DNA of 64,000 nucleotides from Squalus acanthias (GCA_030390025.1 JASTWF010000033.1:2544001-2608000), one strand, 5' to 3'. Numbered from the stretch's first letter, positions 50,351 through 62,464 are shown. Notes: generated by a model not told the origin, from the letters alone. Made by a program: numbers and translations.

Positions 50351-51200
50351 CAGTGTGTTTTGGGACTGATTGAATTGCCACCATTCAACGCACATTCGCG
50401 AAATAATGCTCGCCCCTGATCGAACGAAACAGCAATGCAAAATACACTGCCTTGATTTCTGTAAAATGCATGCTGTTTCAAAGTCAGCAGGAAATGATTA
50501 GCCCTTTCTGTCAACTTTTAGACTTGCTGATTGACACATGAAATGTTGCCAACATTTAACTGCAGTTCACAGTGTCAGGACAGTCACGGTTATTATCAGT
50601 CTTCCGTGTATCTTCTTGCCCATTGCATCTCCCTAACAAACTTAGCTTATTACAGGCACGGCTATCAATCAATTCGTTGCCAGTGTGAAAAATGCAGCAT
50701 TCGAAACTTAGCAACGTGTGCAAGACTGGAATCAGAGAGTGCCTGGGCAGTGATAACTTAACCTGAGCCCTTCCTGTAGGAACGAAGAGACCACAGGGCG
50801 GGGAAGGAGCCTGGGCATTTTCAGTTCTGTGTGGGAGCATCATACCTGCGGCAGAAGATTGAACTTGACATCATTTCAGCTTGGCTCGTGCTCAGTGAGT
50901 CTTCGGCCCGTCTCTCCCTTCACAACACATCAGTGCGGAGAAAAGAACATCGAATTTTACACATGTGTTGTGTTCTGTAACTTTATTGGTGCATTCCACG
51001 CAGTGTCCAACACGGTGAGGTCCCCCCGGCTGTGTCAGCTTTGTATCTTTATCCACAACCCAGCTTTACATGAACACAACCTGAGCTCCGAGATCTGGTC
51101 GGGTCACATTGCCCGAAGTGAGGAATGAGCCGGAGGAGGAATGCCACCCTGGGTTAGAAAATCCTCCAAAAGAATGACACAAGCTGGCGCTTGTTGTGAG

Positions 51201-51273
51201 GCCGAAATAGCTCAGGTGGGAGAGCGTTAGGTTGAAAATCTAAAGCTCCGTGTTTCGATCCCGGGTTTGGGCA
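51201..51273 (+). pseudogene. tRNA-Phe(GAA) pseudogene
   Basis: T-arm and acceptor mismatches. Confidence 0.8.
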
Positions 51274-51337
51274 GGTGTTAGTTACTTTTGTCTCCTTCAC
51301 TGTAAGAGGAACGATTCAGGAGAGCTTTTCCACTTCT

Positions 51338-51438
51338 GAGCCTGCGTCTACCAAAGAAATGGGCCCGAACCACGTCAGGTCCGGCTCCAGCCGCCCGCTG
51401 CGGGTTCGAATCCAGTCGGCGTCCTGCCGGCTCTTTTT
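51338..51438 (+). ncRNA. Candidate Pol III tRNA-like ncRNA, copy 1
   Basis: GAGCC/GGCTC terminal stem, GGTTCGAATCC B box, T5 terminator. Confidence 0.4.
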
Positions 51439-51692
51439 ATACCGGGACAGCGTTTGAGGGAGGGGCTGTTCAGCGGTGGTGCGATAATAAATTTTAGAAT
51501 GAGGTTTGTTAGATTAAAGAGCTCTTATTCTGTAACTTTCGATTGACACTCTGCCCAGTTTTATAAACGAACAGTTGACAATGTTTAAGCGATGTGGTGT
51601 GTTCAATGTTTGTGCAGTAACTCGGTAACCCAGTGTCAGCCTGCAAGACAATCCCCCAGCCTAGGTTTGAGCCGATCCAGTAAGCGGCTTGG

Positions 51693-51766
51693 GGCCGTTT
51701 AGCTCAGTTGGCGAGAGCGTGGTGTTAATAACGCCACGGTCGGGGGTTCGATCCCCGTACGGGCCA
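51693..51766 (+). pseudogene. tRNA-Ile(AAT) variant/pseudogene
   Basis: Acceptor and T-stem mismatches. Confidence 0.75.
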
Positions 51767-52277
51767 TAAGAATATTTTCATAATTTTACGCTTTTCTCGC
51801 ACATTTCAAATAGAAACTTTATAATGAAACCAATCCACGCAGACTCTCACGGGGGAATTATTTGGAATAACATCCTTTGCCACCGAGGCGGAGAGACGTT
51901 TATTTCTGTTTCTGGGTTTGCTGATGAACGTTGAACTGGCGGCCTGTTCCAATGAATGGTCACAAGCGGGTAAGAGACAGACAGAGCGGCTCTGACCCCG
52001 CGAGATGGGCAAAAGGCTTCAGTTCAGGAGTAAATGCATAAATTGGCCCGGCCCCGAGAGAGACAACATCCAGAGAAAAGCACAGAAGGAAATCGATTTC
52101 AAGTGCATGCCTACCCGCACTTGCTGCCGTGGTTTCACGAACACGTCTTTTGTGTTCTCAACTAAAAAATGTCATTTTGCACGAACAGTTTGCCTGGCGC
52201 GAAAGTATCTGAATTTCAAAGGAGCACGCAGGAACGACTGCGTTGCTGTGCTTTCTAGCAGGGAGTTTGCCGTAGCT

Positions 52278-52349
52278 TCCCTGGTGGTCTAGTGGTTAGG
52301 ATGCGGCGCTCTCACTGCTGTGGCTCGGGTTCGATTCCCGGTCAGGGAA
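52278..52349 (+). tRNA. tRNA-Glu(CTC) variant
   Basis: Cloverleaf retained through G:U pairs; anticodon CTC. Confidence 0.75.
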
Positions 52350-53239
52350 CAGTGCGTTTTGGGACTGTTTGAATTGCCACCATTCAACGCACATTCGCGG
52401 TACAATGCTCGCTCCTGATCGAACGAAACAGTGATGCAAAATACACTGCCTTGATTTCTGTAACATGCATGCTGTTTCAAAGTCAGCAGGAAATGATTAG
52501 CCCTTTCTGTCAACTTTTAGACTTGCTGATTGACACTTGAATTGTTGCCAAGATTTAACTGCAGTTCACAGTGTCAGGACAGTCACGGTTATTATCAGTC
52601 TTCCGTGTATCTTCTTGCCCACTGCATCTCCCTAACAAACTTAGCTTATCACAGGCACGGCTATCAATCAATTCGTTGCCAGTGTGAAAAATGCAGCATT
52701 CGAAACTTAGCAACGTGTGCAAGACTGGAATCAGAGAGTGCCTGGGCAGTGATAACTTAACCTGAGCATGAAGATATTCATTAGGCCTGAGCCCTTCCTG
52801 TATTGCCCACTGAGTAAGGAACGAAGAGACCACAGGCCGGGATGCAGCCTGGGCATTTTCAGTTCTGTGTGGGAGCACCATACCTGCGGCTGAAGATTGA
52901 ACTTGACATGATTTCAGCTTGTCTCGTGCTCAGTGAGACTTCAGACCGTCTCTCCCTTCACAACCCATCAGTGCGGAGAAAAGAACATTGAATTTTACAC
53001 ATGTGTTGTGTTTTGTAACTGTATTGGTTCATTCCACGCTGTGTCCAACACGGTGAGGTCCCCCCCCGCTGTGTCAGCTTTGTATCTGTATCCAAAACCC
53101 AGCTTTACACGAACACAACCTAAGCTCCGAGATCTGGTCGGGTCGCATTGCCCAAAGTGAGGAATGAGCCGGAGGAGTAATGCCACCCGGGGTTAGAAAA
53201 TCCTCCAAAAGAATGACACATGACAGAATTTGCTGTGAG

Positions 53240-53312
53240 GTCGAAATAGCTCAGTTGGGAGAGCGTTAGACTGAAGATGTAAAGGTCCCTGGTTCGATCC
53301 CGGGTTACGGCA
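53240..53312 (+). pseudogene. tRNA-Phe(GAA) variant/pseudogene
   Basis: Acceptor and anticodon-stem mismatches. Confidence 0.75.
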
Positions 53313-53377
53313 GGTTTTAGTTACTTTTTGTCTCCTTCACTATAAGAGGAACGATTCAGGAGAGATTTTCCACTTCT

Positions 53378-53480
53378 GAGCTCGCGTCTACCAAAGAAAT
53401 GGGCCCGAACCACGTTAGATCCGGCTCCAACCGCCCGCTGCTGGTTCGAATCCAGTCGGGGTCCCGCCGGCTCTCTTTTT
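53378..53480 (+). ncRNA. Candidate Pol III tRNA-like ncRNA, copy 2
   Basis: Terminal stem, GCTGG-TTCGAAT-CCAGT T-arm, T5. Confidence 0.4.
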
Positions 53481-53732
53481 ACCGGGACAGTGTTGGAGGG
53501 AGGGGCTGTTCAGCGGTGGTGCGATAATAAATTTTAGAATGAGTTTTGTTAGATTAAAGAGCTCTTTCTCTGTAACTTTCGATTGACACTCTGCCCAGAT
53601 GTATACAGGAACAGTTGACAATGTTTAAGCGATGTGGTGTGTTCAATGTTTGTGCAGTAAATCGGTCACCCAGTGTGAGCCTGAAAAACAATCCCCCAGG
53701 CTGGGTTGGAGCCTATATATTGGGCGCTTTGT

Positions 53733-53806
53733 GGCCGGTTAGCTCAGTTGGCGAGAGCGTGGTGCTAATAACGCCAAGGTCGCGGGTTCGATCCCCGTAC
53801 GGGCCA
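53733..53806 (+). tRNA. tRNA-Ile(AAT)
   Basis: Canonical vertebrate sequence except D-loop GGCGA. Confidence 0.9.
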
Positions 53807-54327
53807 TCAGAATGTTATCATAATTTTACGCTTTTCTCGCACATTTCAAATAGAAGCTTTATAATGAAACCAATCCACGCAGACTCTCACGGGGGAATTA
53901 TTTGGAGTAACATCCATTGCACCTTTGCCACCGAGGCGGAGAGACGTTTATTTGTGTTTCTGGTTTTGCTGATGAACGTTGAACTGGCGACCTGTTCCCG
54001 TTAATGGTCACAAGCGGGTAAGAGACAGACAGAGCGGCTCTGGCCCCGCGAGATGGGCAAAAGGCTCAGGAGTAACTGCATCAATGAAATGTAGGCCCGG
54101 CCCCGAGAGAGGCAACATCCAGTAGAAAAGCACAGAAGGAAATCGATTTCAAGTGCATGCCTACCCGCACTTGCTGCCGTGGTTTCGCGAACACGTCTTT
54201 TGTGTTCTCAACTAAAAAATGTCATTTTGTACGAACAGTTTGCCTGGCGCGAAAGTATCTGAATTTCAAAGGAGCACGCAGGAAAGACTGCCTTGCTGTG
54301 CTTTCTGGCAGGTAGCTTGCTGTAGCT

Positions 54328-54399
54328 TCCCTGGTGGTCTAGTGGTTAGGATTCGGCGCTTTCACCACCGCGGCCCGGGTTCGATTCCCGGTCAGGGAA
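54328..54399 (+). tRNA. tRNA-Glu(TTC)
   Basis: Canonical with one anticodon-stem mismatch. Confidence 0.8.
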
Positions 54400-55299
54400 C
54401 AGTGTGTTTTGGGACTGTTTGAATTGCCACCATTCAACGCACATTCGCGATATAATGCTCGCCCCTGATCGAACGAAACAGTGATGCAAAATACACTGCC
54501 TTGATTTCTGTAAAATGCATGCTGTTTCAAAGTCAGCAGGAAATGATTAGCCCTTTCTGTCAACTTTTAGACTTGCTGATTGACACTTGATATGTTGCCA
54601 ACATTTAACTGCAGCTCACAGTATCAGGACAGTCACGGTTATTATCAGTCTTCCGTGTATCTTCTTGCCCACTGCATCTCCCTAGAAAACTTAGCTTATC
54701 ACAGGCACGACTATCAATCAATTCGTTGCCAGTGTGAAAAATGCAGCATTCGAAACTTAGCAACGTGTGCAAGACTGGAATCAGAGAGTGCCTGGGCAGT
54801 GATAACTTAACCTGAGCATGAATATATTCATTAGGCCTGAGCCCTTCCTGTATTGCCCACTGAGTGAGGAACGAAGAGACCACAGGCCGGGATGCAGCCT
54901 GGGCATTTTCAGTTCTGTGTGGGAGCACCATACCTGCGGCTGGAGATTGAACTTGACATCATTTCAGCTTGGCTCGTGATCAGTGCGGCTCAGTGAGACT
55001 TCGGCCCGTCTCTCCCTTCACAACCCATCAGTGCGGAGAAAAGAACATTGAATTTTACACATGTGTTGTGTTCTGTAACTGTATTGGTTCATTCCACGCT
55101 GTGTCCAACACGGTGAGGTTCCCCCGGCTGTGTCAGCTTTGTATCTTTATCCACAACCCAGCTTTACATGAACACAACATAAGCTCCGAGATCTGGTCGG
55201 GTCACATTGCCCGAAGTGAGGAATGAGCCGGAGGAGGAATGCCACCCGGGGTTAGAAAATCCTCCAAAAGAATGACACAAGATGCAAATTTTCTGTGAG

Positions 55300-55373
55300 G
55301 CCGAAATATCTCAGTTGGGAGAGCGTCAGACTGAAGCTCTTAAAGGTTCCTGGTTCGATCCCTGGTTTCGGCA
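55300..55373 (+). pseudogene. tRNA-Phe(GAA) pseudogene
   Basis: D-stem mismatch, 1-nt insertion. Confidence 0.8.
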
Positions 55374-55439
55374 GGTTTTAGTTACTTTTTTGTCTCCTTC
55401 ACTATAAGAGGAACGATTCAGGAGAGATTTTCCACTTCT

Positions 55440-55542
55440 GAGCCCGCGTCTACCAAAGAAATGGGCCCGAAGCACGTTAGATTCGGCTCCAGCCGCCCGC
55501 TGCTGGTTCGAATCCAGTCGGGGTCCCGCCGGCTCTCTTTTT
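55440..55542 (+). ncRNA. Candidate Pol III tRNA-like ncRNA, copy 3
   Basis: GAGCCcGCG/CGCcGGCTC terminal stem, T-arm, T5. Confidence 0.4.
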
Positions 55543-55794
55543 ACCGGGACAGTGTTGGAGGGAGGGGCTGTTCAGCGGTGGTGCGATAATAAATTTTAGA
55601 ATGAGTTTTGTTAGATTAAAGAGCTCTTTCTCTGTAACTTTCGATTGACACTCTGCCCAGATGTATACAGGAACAGTTGACAATGTTTAAGCGATGTGGT
55701 GTGTTCAATGTTTGTGCAGTAAATCGGTCACCCAGTGTGAGCCTGAAAAACAATCCTCCAGCCTGGGTTGGAGCCTGTATCTTGGGCGCTTTGT

Positions 55795-55868
55795 GGCCGG
55801 TTAGCTCAGTTGGCGAGAGCGTGGTGCTAATAACGCCAAGGTCGCGGGTTCGATCCCCGTACGGGCCA
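55795..55868 (+). tRNA. tRNA-Ile(AAT)
   Basis: Identical to the copy at 53733. Confidence 0.9.
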
Positions 55869-56379
55869 TCAGAATGTTATCATAATTTTACGCTTTTCTC
55901 GCACATTTCAAATAGAAGCTTTATAATGAAACCAATCCACGCAGACTCTCACGGGGGAATTATTTGGAATAACATCCTTTGCCACCGAGGCGGAGAGACG
56001 TTTATTTCTGTTTCTGGGTTTGCTGATGAACGTTGAACTGGCGGCCTGTTCCAGTGAATGGTCACAAGCGGGTAAGAGACAGACAGAGCGGCTCTGACCC
56101 CGCGAGATGGGCAAAAGGCTTCAGTTCAGGAGTAAATGCATAAATTGGCCCGGCCCCGAGAGAGACAACATCCAGAGAAAAGCACAGAAGGAAATCGATT
56201 TCAAGTGCATGCCTACCCGCACTTGCTGCCGTGGTTTCACGAACACGTCTTTTGTGTTCTCAACTAAAAAATGTCATTTTGCACGAACAGTTTGCCTGGC
56301 GCGAAAGTATCTGAATTTCAAAGGAGCACGCAGGAACGACTGCGTTGCTGTGCTTTCTAGCAGGGAGCTTGCCGTAGCT

Positions 56380-56451
56380 TCCCTGGTGGTCTAGTGGTTA
56401 GGATGCGGCGCTCTCACTGCTATGGCTCGGGTTCGATTCCCGGTCAGGGAA
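56380..56451 (+). tRNA. tRNA-Glu(CTC) variant
   Basis: Anticodon CTC; weakened anticodon stem. Confidence 0.65.
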
Positions 56452-57340
56452 CAGTGTGTTTTGGGACTGTTTGAATTGCCACCATTCAACGCACATTCGC
56501 GGTACAATGCTCGCTCCTGATCGAACGAAACAGTGATGCAAAATACACTGCCTTGATTTCTGTAACATGCATGCTGTTTCAAAGTCAGCAGGAAATGATT
56601 AGCCCTTTCTGTCAACTTTTAGACTTGCTGATTGACACTTGAAATGTTGCCAACATTTAACTGCAGTTCACAGTGTCAGGACAGTCACGGTTATTATCAG
56701 TCTTCCGTGTATCTTCTTGCCCACTGCATCTCCCTAACAAACTTAGCTTATCACAGGCACGGCTATCAATCAATTCGTTGCCAGTGTGAAAAATGCAGCA
56801 TTCGAAACTTAGCAACGTGTGCAAGACTGGAATCAGAGAGTGCCTGGGCAGTGATAACTTAACCTGAGCATGAAGATATTCATTAGGCCTGAGCCCTTCC
56901 TGTATTGCCCACTGAGTAAGGAACGAAGAGACCACAGGCCGGGATGCAGCCTGGGCATTTTCAGTTCTGTGTGGGAGCACCATACCTGCGGCTGAAGATT
57001 GAACTTGACATGATTTCAGCTTGTCTCGTGCTCAGTGAGACTTCAGACCGTCTCTCCCTTCACAACCCATCAGTGCGGAGAAAAGAACATTGAATTTTAC
57101 ACATGTGTTGTGTTCTGTAACTGTATTGGTTCATTCCACGCTGTGTCCAACACGGTGAGGTTCCCCCGGCTGTGTCAGCTTTGTATCTTTATCCACAACC
57201 CAGCTTTACATGAACACAACATAAGCTCCGAGATCTGGTCGGGTCACATTGCCCGAAGTGAGGAATGAGCCGGAGGAGGAATGCCACCCGGGGTTAGAAA
57301 ATCCTCCAAAAGAATGACACAAGATGCAATTTTCTGTGAG

Positions 57341-57414
57341 GCCGAAATATCTCAGTTGGGAGAGCGTCAGACTGAAGCTCTTAAAGGTTCCTGGTTCGAT
57401 CCCTGGTTTCGGCA
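57341..57414 (+). pseudogene. tRNA-Phe(GAA) pseudogene
   Basis: Same lesions as the copy at 55300. Confidence 0.8.
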
Positions 57415-57479
57415 GGTTTTAGTTACTTTTTGTCTCCTTCACTATAAGAGGAACGATTCAGGAGAGATTTTCCACTTCT

Positions 57480-57582
57480 GAGCCCGCGTCTACCAAAGAA
57501 ATGGGCCCGAAGCACGTTAGATTCGGCTCCAGCCGCCCGCTGCTGGTTCGAATCCAGTCGGGGTCCCGCCGGCTCTCTTTTT
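57480..57582 (+). ncRNA. Candidate Pol III tRNA-like ncRNA, copy 4
   Basis: Same as copy 3. Confidence 0.4.
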
Positions 57583-57834
57583 ACCGGGACAGTGTTGGAG
57601 GGAGGGGCTGTTCAGCGGTGGTGCGATAATAAATTTTAGAATGAGTTTTGCTAGATTAAAGAGCTCTTTCTCTGTAACTTTCGATTGACACTCTGCCCAG
57701 ATGTATACAGGAACAGTTGACAATGTTTAAGCGATGTGGTGTGTTCAATGTTTGTGCAGTAAATCGGTCACCCAGTGTGAGCCTGAAAAACAATCCTCCA
57801 GCCTGGGTTGGAGCCTGTATCTTGGGCGCTTTGT

Positions 57835-57908
57835 GGCCGGTTAGCTCAGTTGGCGAGAGCGTGGTGCTAATAACGCCAAGGTCGCGGGTTCGATCCCCGT
57901 ACGGGCCA
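57835..57908 (+). tRNA. tRNA-Ile(AAT)
   Basis: Intact cloverleaf. Confidence 0.9.
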
Positions 57909-58430
57909 TCAGAATGTTATCATAATTTTACGCTTTTCTCGCACATTTCAAATAGAAGCTTTATAATGAAACCAATCCACGCAGACTCTCACGGGGGAAT
58001 TATTTGGAGTAACATCCATTGCACCTTTGCCACCGAGGCGGAGAGACGTTTATTTGTGTTTCTGGTTTTGCTGATGAACGTTGAACTGGCGACCTGTTCC
58101 CGTTAATGGTCACAAGCGGGTAAGAGACAGACAGAGCGGCTCTGGCCCCGCGAGATGGGCAAAAGGCTCAGGAGTCAAATGCATCAATGAAATGTAGGCC
58201 CGGCCCCGAGAGAGGCAACATCCAGTAGAAAAGCACAGAAGGAAATCGATTTCAAGTGCATGCCTACCCGCCCTTGCTGCCGTGGTTTCGCGAACACGTC
58301 TTTTGTGTTCTCAACTAAAAAATGTCATTTTGTACGAACAGTTTGCCTGGCGCGAAAGTATCTGAATTTCAAAGGAGCACGCAGGAAAGACTGCCTTGCT
58401 GTGCTTTCTGGCAGGGAGCTTGCTGCAGCT

Positions 58431-58502
58431 TCCCTGGTGGTCTAGTGGTTAGGATTCGGCGCTTTCACCGCCGCGGCCCGGGTTCGATTCCCGGTCAGGG
58501 AT
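58431..58502 (+). tRNA. tRNA-Glu(TTC)
   Basis: Canonical sequence; discriminator base T instead of A. Confidence 0.9.
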
Positions 58503-59400
58503 CAGTGTGTTTTGGGACTGTTTCAATTGCCACCATTCAACGCACATTCGCGAAATAATGCTCGCCCCTGAACGAACGAAACAGTGATGCAAAATACACT
58601 GCCTTGATTTCTGTAAAATGCATGCTGTTTCAAAGTCAGCAGGAAATGATTAGCCCTTTCTGTCAACTTTTAGACTTGCTGATTGACACTTGATATGTTG
58701 CCAACATTTAACTGCAGCTCACAGTATCAGGACAGTCCCGGTTATTATCAGTCTTCCGTGTATCTTCTTGCCCACTGCATCTCCCTAGCAAATTAGCTTA
58801 TCACAGGCACGACTATCAATCAATTCGTTGCCAGTGTGAAAAATGCAGCATTCGAAACTTAGCAACGTGTGCAAGACTGGAATCAGAGAGTGCCTGGGCA
58901 GTGATAACTTAACCTGAGCATGAATATATTCATTAGGCCTGAGCCCTTCCTGTATTGCCCACTGAGTGAGGAACGAAGAGACCACAGGCCGGGATGCAGC
59001 CTGGGCATTTTCAGTTCTGTGTGGGAGCACCATACCTGCGGCTGAAGATTGAACTTGACATCATTTCAGCTTGGCTCGTGATCATTGCGGCTCAGTGAGA
59101 CTTCGGCCCGTCTCTCCCTTCACAACCCATCAGTGCGGAGAAAAGATCATTGAATTTTACACATGTGTTGTGTTCTTTAACTGTATTGGTTCATTCCACG
59201 CTGTGTCCAACACGGTGAGGTCCCCCCGGCTGTGTCAGCTTTGTATCTTTATCCACAACCCAGCTTTACATGAACACAACCTAAGCTCCGAGATCTGGTC
59301 GGGTCACATTGCCCGAAGTGAGGAATGAGCCGGAGGAGGAATGCCATCCGGGGTTAGAAAATCCTACAAAAGAATGACACAAGATGCCATTAGCTGTGAG

Positions 59401-59406
59401 GCCTAA

Positions 59407-59437
<31 letters not shown>

Positions 59438-59473
59438 CTCTAAAGAATCCTGGTTCGATCCCGGTTTTCGGCA
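59401..59473 (+). pseudogene. tRNA-Phe(GAA) pseudogene
   Basis: Stem mismatches. Confidence 0.8.
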
Positions 59474-59538
59474 GGTTTTAGTTACTTTTTGACTCCTTCA
59501 CTATAAGAGGAACGATTCAGGAGAGATTTTCCACTTCT

Positions 59539-59641
59539 GAGCCCGCGTCGACCAAAGAAATGGGCCCGAACCACGTTAGATCCGGCTCCAGCCGCCCGCT
59601 GCTGGTTCGAATCCAGTCGGGGTCCCGCCGGCTCTCTTTTT
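59539..59641 (+). ncRNA. Candidate Pol III tRNA-like ncRNA, copy 5
   Basis: Terminal stem, T-arm, T5. Confidence 0.4.
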
Positions 59642-59894
59642 ACCGGGACAGTGTTGGAGGGAGGGGCTGTTCAGCAGTGGTGCGATAATAAATTTTAGAA
59701 TGAGTTTTGTTAGATTAAAGAGCTCTTTCTCTGTAACTTTCGATCGACACTCTGCCCAGATGTATACAGGAACAGTTGACAATGTCTAAGCGATGTGGGG
59801 TGTTCAATGTTTGTGCAGTAAATCGGTCACCCAGTGTGAGCCTGAAAAACTATCCCCCAGCCTGGGTTTGAGCCTACCCCCTTGGGCGCTTTGT

Positions 59895-59968
59895 GGCCGG
59901 TTAGCTCAGTTGGCGAGAGTGTGGTGCTAATAACGCCAAGGTCGCGGGGTCGATCCCCGTACGGGCCA
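59895..59968 (+). pseudogene. tRNA-Ile(AAT) variant with mutated T-loop
   Basis: GGGTCGA instead of GGTTCGA. Confidence 0.75.
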
Positions 59969-60488
59969 TCAGAATGTTATCATAATTTTACGCTTTTCTC
60001 GCACATTTCAAATAGAAACTTTATAATGAAACCAATCCACGCAGACTCTCACGGGGGAATTATTTGGAATAACATCCATTGCACCTCTGCCACCGAGGCG
60101 GAGAGACGTTTATTTGTGTTTCTGGGTTTTCTGATGAACGTTGAACTGGCGGCCTGTTCCCGTTAATGGTCACAAGCGGGTAAGAGACAGACAGAGCGGC
60201 TCTGGCCCCGCGAGATGTGCAAAAGGCTCAGGAGTAAATGCATCAATGAAATGTAGGCCCGGCCCCGAGAGAGGTAGCATCAAGAGAAAAGCACAGTAGG
60301 AAATCGATTTCAAGTGCATGCCTACCCGCACTTGCTGCCGTGGTTTCGCGAACACGTCTTTTGTGTTCTCAACTAAAAAATGTCATTTTGTACGAACAGT
60401 TTGCCTGGCGCGAAAGTATCTGAATTTCAAAGGAGCACGCAGCAAAGACTGCCTTGCTGTGCTTTCGGGCAGGTAGCTTGCTGTCGCT

Positions 60489-60560
60489 TTCCTGGTGGTC
60501 TAGTGGTTAGGATACGGCGCTTTCACCGCCGCGGCGCGGGTTGGATTCCTGGTTAGGGGA
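60489..60560 (+). pseudogene. tRNA-Glu(TTC) pseudogene
   Basis: B box GGTTGGA, stem mismatches. Confidence 0.8.
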
Positions 60561-60650
60561 CAGTGTGTTTTGGGACTGTTTGAATTGCCACCATTCAACG
60601 CACATTCGCGAAATAATGCTCGCCCCTGATCGAACGAAATAATGATATAA

Positions 60651-60718
60651 TGTTGTGTAGTGGGTATCACGTTCACCTAACGTGCGAAAAGTCCCAGGTT
60701 CGAAACTGGGTGGAAGCA
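60651..60718 (+). pseudogene. tRNA-Val(AAC) pseudogene, 5' acceptor strand lost
   Basis: gtgtagtgggtatcacgttcacctAACgtgcgaaa...ggttcgaaactgggtggaagca. Confidence 0.8.
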
Positions 60719-61619
60719 TTTTATTAATCATGTACAATTAAATAGTAGAACAATGGAACAATTCACGTTTGTTATTCAATGTAACAAATTACTGTTACAT
60801 TTGTGTTTCTCTTTACAGTTCTGCACACACTCAAAACACTACAGTGTCGCTCGCTCACCCCCGTGTGCAGCCCTGACGGTGCAGAAAGCCCTTGTCAAAG
60901 CTGCACATTCAGTTTCTTTGTGAAAGATTATTCAAGGATCTAAGCCGCCTTTCTGCAAACTACGAGCCAAGTTCTCCAGAATTCCAAGGTGTATAAGGAA
61001 CTCAACCATTAAAATCCCTTTCATTAACCACAGGGGTTCAGGCAATTTTCTATGATTCTATAAAAAGTTATTAAAGTTTGACTGTCATCCGGTAAACATG
61101 TTAGCAATTCCTGCACTGTGCAACAAAATGTTTTGGGTTGATTAATGATAATAGAAACAATTATGAAGTGTCTCACAGACTTCAATGATCCCTTAATACC
61201 GTTGGTTAACTAAAATCTAGCAATCGCAGATTAAAATGAGCAATTCATGTAGCATCTTTGAAAGAGCTATCCAATAAGTCCCAGTCCGGTGCTCTTCCCC
61301 ATAGCCCTGCTGACTCTCCTGCCAGTGGAAACTGTTGCCCCCATGAGTTTGATCACCTCTATTAAATCCCCCCTGAACAATGATTAATGGAGTTCAACGT
61401 GGGCAAGTGTCAGATCATTCACTTGGGACCTATCAAAGATCGGTCAGTGTATGGTCTGAAAACATCATGTCAGAGAATACTTTTTTTTCTGTGAAATAGC
61501 CGGTCCCGTTAAATTTAACAAAAGTTGCCCCAGATCCCTGCTCTCACAAGTAATGAACATTTTAAAACATTCTCCTAAAATACAATGTGGAAAATGAGAT
61601 ATGGGTTAACAGTTCAAAA

Positions 61620-62230
61620 TTGAGAGGTCGCACAACACCAGGTTATAGTCCAACAGTTTTATTTGAAATCACAAGCTTTCGGAGCTATCGATCGCCCCTT
61701 CCTCAGGTGAAGTAGTAAAGAAATACAGACTCGACAAAGCATATATAGATAGAGAACAATGCATGTGTACCTTACAATTGCAGACAACTAAATTATATCA
61801 TCCTGACTATCTGCTGAGGTGTGATAAAGTTAATCAGGTCAGCCAGGAAGGTACCACATCAAAGAGATATGAAGATACAACTGAGACAATGAGCTGGAGT
61901 CGCAGGGGGTCTAACGTGTCAAAAGCTGCCATCTGTATGTAAAACGATAAACTGTAAAAAAAAAATACTTTTTTACTGGGAAAATTTTTACTTTTTTACT
62001 GGGAATCACATCTGTGAACAAGCCAACGACGTCTCGAGTCCGGATCACGTCATGTATCGTGACATAAACCCAAGATCCCGGTTGAGACCGTCTTCATGAG
62101 TGCGGAACTTGGCTATCAGTTTCTGCTCGATGATTTTGCGCTGTCATGTGTTCCTAAGGTTGCCTTGGAGAACGCTTACCCGCAGATCCGAGGCTGAATG
62201 TCCTTGACTGCTGAAGTGTTCCCCGACTGG
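61620..62230 (-). mobile_element. 3' fragment of a Penelope element (same family as 9538-12347)
   Basis: High similarity to 9538-10144; gttcaa present on both sides (61611, 62231). Confidence 0.9.
61668..61711 (-). ncRNA. Minimal hammerhead ribozyme motif
   Basis: tcacCTGAGGA-ggggc(gatcgata)gctcc-GAAAgcttgtga on minus strand. Confidence 0.7.
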
Positions 62231-62439
62231 GTTCAACACATGCAAAGAGCAAAATAAATGACTGAAGTTTCGACTGTCCCTCAGTAACCATATTATCATT
62301 TCTTTCATTCTGCAAAAGAAAGTTATCGGTTAATAAATGGTGATTAAAGCTGTTCTTATTTTACCACATTAGATGCATGTTATTCATTGAATAAAATTAC
62401 TTCGGATTCATGAATTAAAAACGGTGATATCAAAATTAA

Positions 62440-62464
62440 TTCCCTAACCGGGAATCGAACCCAG
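62440..62464 (-). pseudogene. tRNA-Glu 3' fragment
   Basis: ctgggttcgattcccggttagggaa on minus strand. Confidence 0.55.

Larger units (their letters stand above)
39185..60640 (+). repeat. ~2.05-kb tandem tRNA gene array (about 6 units; first unit rearranged and invaded)
   Basis: Phe-Ile-Glu and spacer recur every ~2040-2060 bp; 39363-39688 is an inverted spacer piece. Confidence 0.95.

Noticed and set aside
54474..54590. Double hairpin followed by ACA in the array spacer (possible H/ACA snoRNA)
   Set aside because: No ANANNA H box between the hairpins and no host intron; too weak without covariation data
50290..60737. Recurrent short ORFs (MTERANH..., MTLEMLP...)
   Set aside because: They recur only because the tRNA array is tandemly repeated; alternative starts and no recognisable domains
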